DNA from: Anthoceros angustus
Taxonomy: Eukaryota > Plantae > Anthocerotophyta
Direction of reading: 5' to 3'
NCBI GenBank assembly: GCA_010909165.1
Contig: VJWM01000134.1
Location: 124,001 to 188,000 of the forward strand
Length of the DNA: 64,000 nt
A model generated the notes under the pieces. It was not told the DNA's origin and ran no database searches. It saw only the letters and a list, made by a program, of their open reading frames with translations. Numbering within the stretch: the first letter of the stretch is position 1; the number at the start of each line of letters is the position of its first letter. Positions 23,392-34,610 of this stretch are shown piece by piece. A program made the translations under genes and the position numbers.

Positions 23392-23966
23392 TCAAGGACA
23401 GAAGATGACATTGTAGTTGGTGCCGTGGGGGCAAGTGAAGGTGGAGGTGGCGTCGTCGAAGTTGTAGCTGTAGGAGGAGGGGCAGGCGGCCTTGAACAGG
23501 CGGGTGCCGTCCGAGGGGCCTCGGCCGGCGGTGCCGTCGGTATTGATGCAGGAGAGCGCGCCGGAGGGGCAGGCTCAGCAGCTGGTTGTTGGCGCCGCAG
23601 AAGGAGGGATGTCGGGGATGGAGCAGGAAGGTGCGCCGCAGCCGCTGGCGACGGGCTGGATCTTGAGGCCGATGGTGTAGGCGTTCACGTTGCTCACGTC
23701 GTAGAAGTCGGTGGGGCTTGCCAGGTTGAATTCAGCCAAATCGGCCAGGTTCTTGTCGTTGGCGGCGGCAGGGTTTCCTCCGGGCGCCACGCACTGCCCT
23801 CGCACCGACGCCCATATGCTCGCGGACGGCCAGCTGCAAGCGGACCCGAAGTCCAGGGTCTGCGACTGGCCCGCAGCCATCTGGAACTGCGCGACAGGGT
23901 CGGCCCTGGATTGCACGCAGCTGGTGATGGAGTAGGGGCACTGGTTCTGTATCTACACGTAGCACC
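23392..23966 (-). pseudogene. Thaumatin-like exon 2, copy D; exon 1 removed, intron fused to transposase sequence at ~24030
   Basis: Near-identical to copy A. The upstream intron runs ~65 bp and then switches to Sola-like coding sequence. Confidence 0.8.
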
Positions 23967-24032
23967 CTGCACTTTCGTCCACCATCTCACACAAACAACC
24001 AAACAAACAAAGAAATAAACAAACAGGTTAGA

Positions 24033-27000
24033 ACTTTTCGACCCAGGTATTGGGTCACAATTAAACTTGTTCCTCCTGTTCACCTCAGTTTTCCCAATCA
24101 GCCAGAAGCTCCTATGGACAGCATGCTCTCCACTTCTGTACGACGTTGTTGCACCGGCTGAGATGTTCTCTGTGAAGTAAGTGACAACATCGAGGCTGAT
24201 CGCAATGAGGAGCATTCGGAGAGGACTGCACCAATGCCCTTTTCGTGATTGCACTGCCTCCATATGTTCGCCTTTGCCATGCCCACCGCCAAAAAACGAC
24301 CATAGCATCTTGCAACCACCAGTCAAGCTAGGGTAACGGGCAACAAAGTAAGAAGGCCTACATGCTTTAAATTGACTAGCTGCCCCATCCGACCAACACC
24401 AATGTTAACGTTCCTGGGGCACTGGAAACCCAGAATCAAGCATCCACTGCCAATGCAACATGAGGCTTGCACAAAGGTATCGTGGACCATATCATCAGCG
24501 ATGTAGAAGTGATAGTATTTGTCGCAATGTTAGCCTCGCATCAATTGACCCTGGCCTCCTATAGAACACCGTGACAAAAATCGAAACTCGGTCATTATGC
24601 CAATGCATAGATTGAATTTCGTTTTGAACACCAAACGCATAGTTCGATCAAGTCCATGATGTAGACGACAACATCACCGAACCACCAAGCTAATCGATTT
24701 AATTCCAACCCTTGCCATCACAAAAATCGTGTGATGAACTCTTTCAATTTTTCTTTCAAGATGTGACGAAATCACCGGATGAGTCTCCATGAAAACAAGT
24801 TTGATCCGCTTCTTCTCATGCCCATCATGGTTAGAACCAACGACTTGGTATTGAAAACGGCGCCACCGAGGACTGACCGAGGAAGCTTATCATTCGATGA
24901 CTCGCGGATGTAAGCCAATTTCCACCCCCTAGCCACAAGTGCCCTGCAAACATGCGAGGTTGTGCCATCCAGCGTTTGCCTCCTTCGCACACAAAGCACT
25001 TTCGCACAACATCCTTACAGATACAACACATGTGTTGCTTGCACTACACTCTTGAACAAGCCCGTCACCTTCTTGGGGAGCACATATGTCATAATGGACA
25101 ATTGACTGGAATGCACACTTGAAAGACAACCATAGCATTGAAAGCGCCTTTGAGAAAGGCCATTTCACATGATACCGAATAAAGACAAGTTCCGCTCCGC
25201 AGGCTCTTCACAAAAATCGCTTCAATTTCTCAAAATTTCGCTGCCCAACCGAAATGTCGATGCTCTTCGCAGAACCGCAGTAGAATTCGCACACATCACG
25301 ATAGGGAACGGACGCTGAGGCCACGCCGAGAACGGCCGAGGCCGTAGGCCGAGACCGCCGGGCCTGGCGCCCGACGCGCCTCGCGGCGGGAGCGGCCAGT
25401 CGGGGCCGAGACGCCCACTCGATCGCACGAGGCGATAGCCGAGGTCCAGGCGCACTTTAAGAGTCTGTTCTAAACGTTTACAATTCCTTTTCTCTCTTTC
25501 AAGTAAACAACTATCAATTTTACCTTTCGCATATAAAAGTGTTCGAGCTGTTTTCCACCGCTTTTACCGTAACATTTTATAGTTTTACGAACTTGTGACA
25601 TATTTCCTAGGTATATTCTACCGAGGTTGAAGGAGTGTACACGTAAGTTTATCTTTTCGAGTATCTTGTCCAAACGCGAATATTTCTTCGTGCAATTACA
25701 ATGTAAGAAACTGTGCATCAAGAAACCGGGTTAAATGTCATTTCATTGGTAAAACTAAAATTCGGTGTTGATCGCATGACGCTTCAAAATGAAACCTTGA
25801 GATCATGGACTTTGAGCGTATACATCCGACACTAAATTTCGCTTAGCCTCACCTTGCCGTTTAGAGTCGTGTTTGTTGGACGCCGATGCAACGCTTTTGC
25901 ACGTCCGCCGCAAAACGCGAATCGATGTTAGGAGTACAAACTTTCGACACATTTTCTTGATTCGCAAATAATTTGGTGTTTGAAGTGTGCAAACAACCGG
26001 ACGTTTTGGAGCACTTCATGTACCCAAAGATGGTGGACTTCCTGTGTCATGCCTCTCGACGTAGCACCGCCAATGTAGCATTACATCCTATGCACCTTGC
26101 CTCGACGAAGCATGCTCCCACTGCTGGCGATTGTGTTCATCAACGATCACCGCACAGACTCGACACCCAGTGATTGGACACTCTTCCACGACTTGACGAG
26201 TTCATCTACACACCACCCCAACAAGTGACCCGCAAACCAATGCCAGGCGCAAGTTCTAACCTTTGGAAGCTAGCCACCAACATACCAGACCTCCAGAGAC
26301 ACCAAGGGTGTGGGCCGAGAGAATGTGGAGCGGGCGCCATCATATTGCTGTGACATTCTCATCACCGCCACTACTACCAATCATCTCAAGAGCTTCGCAC
26401 CATGCCGACATTGTCATGACAACCGCCCTGCGTAATCTAAGCATAAACCCTACTTGTGTCCCGGTACCGTCAGAATACGCCGTGAATCCAAGGAAGGAGG
26501 TATGGAAGCAGTTCACAAGACGTTAGTGAAGTCCTCTCAAGATGTGGTCCACTTCAACGCTCGTGATGAGGGTGGAGCATTTGTGGTCCCTGCAAGTCCG
26601 GATAGCTAATGTAAAACCCACAACCATGGAAGCGTATAACGGACTTGATGAAGGCTGGTTAGAACAAGAACCCCCATCATTCCGCCATCCGGCAAGCAAG
26701 CCGTTATGTTGCCGAATCGCAATTGCCGAGCTCCACGATGAAACGATGTAACCCATCGCACCGAATAGAACTCGGGGTGGATCGTGAATCGTGACATCGC
26801 TTACCGATCATCAAGTCTCAGAAGACGTTGTCCATCGCATCCAAAATCCTAACCGTCCGTATTTAATGAATATACGGCAAGTGGTCATGGGTTGTATGTT
26901 ACTGCATGCCTTCCAGAGAAGTTCCAAGATACCCAATAAATTGCAAGAAACCGGGACATGAGGAAAGAACAAAGGAGGGTGCACGTTTAAGATCACGCAC

Positions 27001-30000
27001 CTCGCTGGGGTTGTAAAATACACCGCAGAGAAGGCGTAGTTCTTGAAACTCCCGCAGAAAGATGAAATATACGGCGCCATGGGCAAACGGATAAGGAAGG
27101 GTGTGCAAGAATCAGAATTTGAGCTAGAACGGACATATAGAAGCAATCACCTTCATAGGTTGTCCAGCTATACTGTAGCTTCAAATCGCAGCCGTCTCCA
27201 AGTAAGCCGCACTTAGAATCCACTTTTCGACCCACCGCCTTGCAGACTCTCACCGAAAACAAGTTGTTGGGCCCGACGGTAAACGAGAGACTTCACCGTC
27301 GCGGTCCCGCTGCTGATGGAGCCAAATGCTTGACGGGGGTAAGGTGTGGACGTATGACAAGACCGCAACTCCCGCCATCGGGTTTATATAGCGTAATGTT
27401 AGGTTCTCGTTTTCCCAAGTGTGCGTGGCACTTTCTAATCTGGGAGGTTCGCCTTCTTCGCCCGCTGGGTTGGAGGTTTTCTTTGGTAGTTCAAGTTTAG
27501 GTTTGGCAAAGTCGGGCTAGGTTTGGGAAGGTAGGGTGGCGTGACCAATCAAGGACTTAGTTAGGTTTGGTCCCTAAATCCGTTCGGAAAATTGAAATGA
27601 GGCCTGGTAGAGAGAACGGGCGCAGAGGGAGAAACCCTAGGGTTTGGTAGGCTATTTAAGCGCTTTCTCCACATTTAAGGTCTTTTCCACTTCCCGCCTC
27701 GAGGCCAAGGTTCCCGTGTCTTTTGGTTTGTTCTTTGTCTTAGTTTTGAACGTCCGCCCGAGGTCTTCGTGTTTGCTTCGCTTTTCTTCGATATTGCACG
27801 TCAAGGCCAAGATCATCTTGGTTTTCGTGCTTATGTGGATAGGTATGTCCAAGGCCAAGATCATCTTGGTTTGCGTTTATTGCGTGGATAGGTATGTCCA
27901 AGGCCAAGGTCCGGTCTAGTTTAGTAGTTGTTGTTGTAGTGATTCGCTTTTTCATCCAAGAGGCCATCTGCCTCTTCCCGAAGGCCAAGGTTGCTTGGTT
28001 TCCACGGCTAAGTTTCTGGAGGTTAAAGGCGAAGATTTGCTTACGTTTGCACCTTTGTTTGATGTCGTCTTTTGTCTGTTCCTGGTGTTGCGCTGTTGTG
28101 CCAGTTGTTTTTCAGCCGCCTTGATTGTTGTTGATATTGCGGCTGTCCTTTGTGTGCGGCGCTGTACTTCCTTGTCACGTTTGCTTGTGCTTGGCTTCTA
28201 TCTCGGTCCTTCCAAAGGCTATTTGTATTTGCTTCGAACGTTTTCATTTCTCATTATAGTTCGCCTTCAAGGCCAAGGTTCCGAGCTTGAAGGCGGTGTC
28301 TTTTCCGTGTTGTTTGTGCGGCGCTTTGGGTTCCTTCTCATTTTGTAATTGCGCTGCATGTGTTCTTGTCCTCCTAGTTTTGTAGTGTCCCGTGTCTTGC
28401 GATATCGTTGTGGTGTTCTTGTAAAGGCCAAGATCGCTTCGCTTGCACTTTGTCCGATGTGGTCTTTTGGCTGGTCTCCGGTTTGCCGATGTGCAGCTTG
28501 TTTTCGCCGCCTCGATTGTTGTTGGCTATACTGCCCTCTCAGTAGTCTGCACTTCCGCCACGCTTGTTGTGGTTTCTGTTGTCTCGGTCCTTTGCAAAGG
28601 CTTTTTATATATGTCGCTCATGCTCTATGCCGCGCGTTAGTGTGTTCAGTTCGCTGCGCTTAGTTTTGTTGCAAGAAGTCCATTGACGCCCGAGTTTGGC
28701 ATGGTTTGTTTACCGTGCTCAAGATATGTTGTTCGTTGTCTGTGACTATGTGTTGTCTCGTGACTTTCTCGCTTTTGTTTCACCGTGCATGGTGTTCTCG
28801 ATGCCTACTTTTTGTAGTCTAACGCCCTTGTTCGCTGTAGAAGCCGTATGTGGTGACGATGCACTATTGGGAGACGCCAGTGCGCTTAACGCTTTAAATT
28901 TTTGACCTGCTTTTTGTGTTACAAATGCGATTGTTCCGCTGTTTTGTTATCCGTTGTGCATAGTTTGATTCTGGTCTTGCTGCTTCGTGTTTGTGCATAG
29001 TTTGATTCTCGCCTTTGCTTGTGCCTTACGTTGGAAGACGAATGGACTATTGGGAGGTTGTTTGGAAAGCTTTGTTGTAAGTGCATGAATCTTGGATCCG
29101 CATGAATATTACTTAATGTAAAATATTTTGCCGTTAGCGATTTTGGTGGGATTTCTAGAAAGAGCTTCCACTAGAGTACCGATGTTCACTTGGTGGTCAT
29201 TTTTTTACCCTACGCCTGCTTTGTAACATTGGAGGTGGATTCTTTTTATCCCATATGGCATGGTTTTACTCGATAAATGAAATTTACTATATTGAGTAAA
29301 AAATGACCAAAAGATCAATTCTCTCTAGAATCTACCTTCAACCCGAAAAACTAACCCAAGGCCTTGAGGCCCCGGATTTGTCATGACTTTTAACAAGCAT
29401 TTCATTATACCAGCCCGCAGTGTATCACAGATGGGATGGCTAATATCAAAACGCAACACACTTCCAACGACGGACACGAGGTCACCAAGTGATGCCAACT
29501 AAAATGGAACAACTCCAAAACATCACCAAACCGCATGTGATCACCATTCCATCATCCACAACACCAACACATCCACCACATCACTAAGTGCGCAAGCTCC
29601 ACCTACTCCATGACATCACCAATCCGTCCACCTTATCACCATGCCATCATCCACATCACCAACGCATCAATCAACAAGATAGCTGCACACCACATCACCA
29701 AATGTCCACATCATCCACGCCCACTAAAATCACCCAGCGACCACCCCAATACGCAAGCGGCAACCACAACACCCCGTCCTCCCACACCAAACTGGGGAAC
29801 CTTGCCGCCCAAAACATAACCAGTCAGCAGGAATCAACATCACCAATCAGCCCAAACCATCACAAGGCCATACAGGCATCACATAGCCCTTCCAACACCA
29901 ACTTCCACCCCATATCACCGGGTCCCTAAATCACAACACCAAGATGCATACGAGAAGCCTACGTGAACACCCTTCATCGACCCCAATACCATCATGCCCA

Positions 30001-30900
30001 AGAGTCAAACATGAATTTGGAAGGTAGTGCTAACATATAACGACACCGTGAAGTACAAACAAGCATGGAAGGTGAGGGAGTAGCACATGAAGGTTCGCAC
30101 TCACAACACAAGCATGGAATGTACAGATATTCATCTCACCGTGAAGTATCCAAGAAGTGGATGATGTGCTGGTCAAAGTGTTTGGTCCAGACGAGGCGCT
30201 TGGTGTCCTTTGTGTTGGAGGAAGGTCGAGAGGCGAGCTCCTGCACTGTGCACGTCGCTTTCACATCATCCGAGATCACATCACCTAAGCTTCCTTCCGA
30301 CCCGCACCACATACCTTGGCCCCTACAATCCTTCCCACCCCGCACTTTCACCGCAGATCGGATCCGCTCCGACTCACACCAATGTGCTTGGCCAGGGAAT
30401 CGATGGTCATCCAGACCGGCGACAAAATGATATTCCAGAGCGTATTGCCTCGCAGTGATCGCCGACCAACATCCTTCAAATTCACATGTCAGGCTCATAT
30501 TCCTCATGAGAACAAGAACAACTCTTCATCTTTCCCACAAGGTTCGGGAGTACGAAAGTCCTTCAGAGGAAGCTCTTCAAAAGTACTATAGATCTCACGG
30601 CGACATTGCACCGAGAACTCACTTGTCATCCGCAAGAATTGCTCTCCCAAGCCGCGGCGATTGTGCGGTGTATCAACCCCCAACGACCTTGAAATAACGC
30701 TGCATCGCGCCGCACACGACTCGGCTTGTGGAGGTGGAGGTCGATGTTGCCGCACTGGCCTACTATGTCCACCGGCTCATTCCTATTTTGCGCTGCTCGC
30801 AGCTCGCCAAAGCCGCCTCCCACCGCAGACGCTTCCTCACCCCAATACCGCTGCTGACTACAAGGAGAGCGGGCCATCATGGGCGTAACCACCCCAATCA
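24033..30900 (-). mobile_element. Sola-like DDD transposase, minus strand, split by a large insertion in an intron (coding ~30900-30137 and ~25295-24033), 3'-truncated
   Basis: Pieces SLAKHIGVSR, SRPSSNTKDTKR..HFLDTS then GTGAG donor; FCEEH..SVGQRNFEKLK; IMD..(N)YAFGVQNEIQSMHW; YHFYIADD.VHD; WSFFGGGHGKGEH; HRSFWLIGKTEVNRR. Collinear with the plus-strand copy. Superfamily is assigned from recalled motif pattern only. Confidence 0.6.
26500..27200 (-). pseudogene. Possible OTU-like cysteine protease remnant inside the ~4.6 kb insertion (25300-29950)
   Basis: YSWTTYEGDCFYMSV resembles the OTU catalytic G-D-C-(L/F)-F loop; downstream DGGMMG resembles the GGxWG box. Heavily degenerate. Confidence 0.3.
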
Positions 30901-33900
30901 GCTTGAGAAACTTCCACCGACAAGTCGGCTATTCCCGCACAATCGGCGATACCGCACAATCCATGCCGGAAACCTTGCCACACAACGATCGCGCTGCACT
31001 TCGCCCGCCTCCTCCGTGCATTTGCACCTAGATCGTGTATGCTCCACACCGCAGAACAACCAAGCTTTTCACATCAATTCAAAGAACATATGCCATGAAT
31101 GCATCCCAAAGCAAGACCCACCGTGTCCACATTGACATCAACGGGATGGCATAATGGGCGGAAGTCCGATTGGTTATGCACGATCGGTTCTTGGCCTTCA
31201 CGAGCAGGAAAACACGCGGGAGCGCCACATTTTATGTTCCCGCTGAGGTTCCTTCCTGTGTAATTTTGAATTTCGTGACACAGTAGGCTGATCCATGTGA
31301 CCAAATGACACAACCAGTTTTTTATGCTGCGTACACCAAAGCGTATGACACCTTATACGGCAAGTGGTCGAGCAAGGAAGAGCACCATTAGCCCTATAGG
31401 AGGACAAGCCGCCAACACACGTAAGAGCAGTGGCCAAGGACGCCTGTAGCCATGTGGTATAGCACGCAAAACACAATAAATAATGAAGTTAGCCAATGGC
31501 ATGGTGAGAAGGTAACCATACGCAAATTCGACCAGATCAATAATAAAGTGTCTAGGGAAACGGCTTAGACCACAAAGCCCTTTAAGGCTATGGGGATACA
31601 CTTTGACCCTCCCCAAAGGTGACATTATGCCCATCTTAAGTTTTAAATGTTTGGGTGCCGGGAGGAATCCCATCAAAATAGACAAAAACCATTAAACTTA
31701 ATGATTGGAACAAGAAGATTGTTTATGAGTGCGCCGGTATATCAGCGCACTGACTTTTGACTCATTCCAAGTTCGGCATGTCTCCACCTCCGATCATGCT
31801 GTTCAAAACAAAACGAAAGGTATCACACCTACTTCATATTTCTAAACTATCAGTTGCACTATCTTTGTACGCTTCCTTTTCGACTGAGGGGTCCAAGCAT
31901 GGTTTGGTGCTCACATTAGTGAGAAACGGACGAAACATTGTTATTTTGTCCTCATGTAACGTTAATAATTTTAACTAATTTATTTCTTCTCTAAACTATC
32001 TCGATTTTTTACAAGATATACAAATATATCACTTCTACATGAGATTAAAATTTAAAATTAAAATACTCATGAAAATATTCAAAATGAAAGTCTAAATTTA
32101 GAGACTACTTGGGACGGGCATTGTCTCACTCAGGGCACTTGTCACACTATGTTTACGAAGTGGGCCCGAGAACAGGCAGGTAGGCGGGCACTCTGGCCCT
32201 TACCTAAATCATTTTGTAGCATATTTACGAGATGAGCAAACGCGCGTAATCGAACAAATTTTGAGTTGCCGGCACCCCGCACTTGATTTAGGGTTGCCGT
32301 CAGAAGAGGTCACCGCCACCACTGCTACGCGAGGGAGGATCTCGACACGCAGGTAGAGTAGGCTTATCTTGAGGTCTGGCCGGGACTATGTAGCATGAGA
32401 CTGGAACTCGATATGTGGAGTGGTTAGCGCCTAGATCTGCGGCATGTTTGATAAACGCTTTGATGAGAGCTTTGGACTTAGCTCACTGTGGTGGGTATAT
32501 GTGGGGGAGTGGAGTGGGTTGAGGCGGCAGGGACTGTGGGTACGGTGGCAAGGGTTGGCAAGGGAGTGGTGGATTGAGGTGGCGAAGTGGAAGTGAGGCG
32601 TGGTATGCTTGGGTTTAGGTAGTCCTTGGTTCATTGTATTTCTAAGCTGGTTCTTGATGGCTTTCATGGAACTCGCCGAGGGAAGCTGGATGTGCACGGT
32701 GGTGGGATATCGATCACCAGGATCACACGATCGCCGCAGCACTGCCTACTATGTCCACCGGCTCATTCCTATTTTGCGCCTGCTCGCAGCCTTCGCCAAA
32801 GCTGCCTCTCCGCAGACGCTTCCTACCCCAATACCGCTGCTGACTACAAGGAGAGCGGCCATCATGGGCGTAACCACCCCAATCAAAGTTTGAGAAACTT
32901 CCGCACACACAACATCGGGCATAATCCTCTCGTGACAATCGCAGACCTCGCATTTTCACATCAATAGAACATGAATGCATCCTAAAGCAACACCCACTGT
33001 CCACATTGACATCAACGGGATGTATAATCAAGATAAGTCCGTTATTGGTTATGCACAATCGGTTCTTGGCCTTCACGAGAGCAGGAAAACACGGGAGCGC
33101 ACATTTTTATGTTCCCAGAGGTTCCTTCCCGTGTGTAATTTTTGAATTTCGTGACATGTAGGGTCAATCCATGTGACCAAATGACACAACTAGTTTTTTA
33201 TGTCAAGGTACACTAAAGCGCAAGTGACACCCTTATACGGCAAGTGGTCGAGAGGAAGAGCACCAATTAGCCCTATAGGAGGACAGTGTCACAACATGTA
33301 CGAAGAGCGAGATGTGGCGGAGGCCATGTGGTATAGCACGCAAAACACAATGTAAATAATGAAGTTAGCCAATGGCATGGAGGAAGGTAACCTACACGAA
33401 ATTCGACCAAAGCATCAATAATAAAGTGTCTAGGAAAACGGGGCTTAGACCACAAAGCCCTTTAAGGCTATGGGGGATAAGACTTTACGACCTCCCCAAA
33501 GGTGACATTATGCCCATCTTAAGTTTTAATGTTTGGGTGCCGGGAGGAATCCCATCAAAATAGACAAAACCATTAAACTTAATGATTGGAACAAGAAGAG
33601 TTATGAGTGCGTTCGCATATCAAGAATCGACTTTTGACTCATTCCAAGTCGGCATGTCTCCACCTCCGATCATGCTGCTCAAAACAAAACTAAAGGTATC
33701 ACACCTACTTCATATTTCTAAACTATCGCTTGCACTATCTTTATCGCCTTTCATCGAGGTCCAAGCATGGTTTGGTGCTCACATTAGTGAGAAACTACTA
33801 AACATTGTTATTTTGTCCTCATGTAACGTTAATAATTTTAACTAATTTATTTCTTCTCTAAACTATCTGATTTTTTACAAGATATACAAATATATCACTT

Positions 33901-34610
33901 CTACATGAGATTAAAATTTAAAATTAAAATACTCATGAAAATATTCAAAATGAAAGTCTAAATTTAGAGACTACTTGGGATGGGCATTGTCTCACTGGGC
34001 AGCACTTGTCACACTATGTTTACTGAAGTGGGCCCGAGAACAGTGGCGGGCACTCGGCCCTTACCTAAATCATTTTGTAGCATATTTACGAGATGAGCAA
34101 GCGGATCGGATCGCCGTGTAACCGAACAAATTTTGAGTTGCTGCGCGCACGCCGCATTTGATTTAGGGTTCTGTCAGAAGAGGTCACCGCCACACCACGC
34201 CTGCGAGGGAGGATCTCGGCACACAGGCAGAGTAGGCTTATCTTGAGGTCTGGGCCGAGGACTATGTAGCATGAGAACTGGAACTCGATATGTGGAGCGG
34301 GCGCCTAGATCTGCGGCATGTTTGATAAACGCTTTGATGAGAGCTTTGGACTTAGCTCACCGTGGTGGGTATATGTGGCGGGAGGGGAGTGGTGGGTTGA
34401 GGCGGGACTGTTGTACGGTGGCAAGGGTTGGCAAGGGAGTGGTGGATTGAGGTGGCGGAAGTGGTAGGCGAGGTGGTGGTATGCATTGGGTTTAGGTAGT
34501 CCTTGGTTCATTGTATTTCAACTGGTTCTTGATGGGCTTTCATGGAACTGAGGGAATCGGATGTGCACGGTGGTGGTCGAGCATCGATCACCTTGTAGGA
34601 TCACACGACC
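30750..34610. repeat. Tandem direct duplication of ~1.9-2.0 kb (30750-32738; 32739-34610)
   Basis: CACT(G)GCCTACTATGTCCACCGGCTCATTCC at ~30753 and ~32741. AT-rich GAGATTAAAATTTAAAATTAAAATACTC at ~32040 and ~33907. CTAGATCTGCGGCATGTTTGATAAACG at 32431 and 34305. Confidence 0.9.

Larger units (their letters stand above)
18763..23990 (+). repeat. Segmental duplication of window positions 1-~5230 (direct, offset ~18.76 kb)
   Basis: Continuous alignment by eye; ORF pairs 549/19312, 863/19626, 3395/22153 and 4665/23425. Confidence 0.95.
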
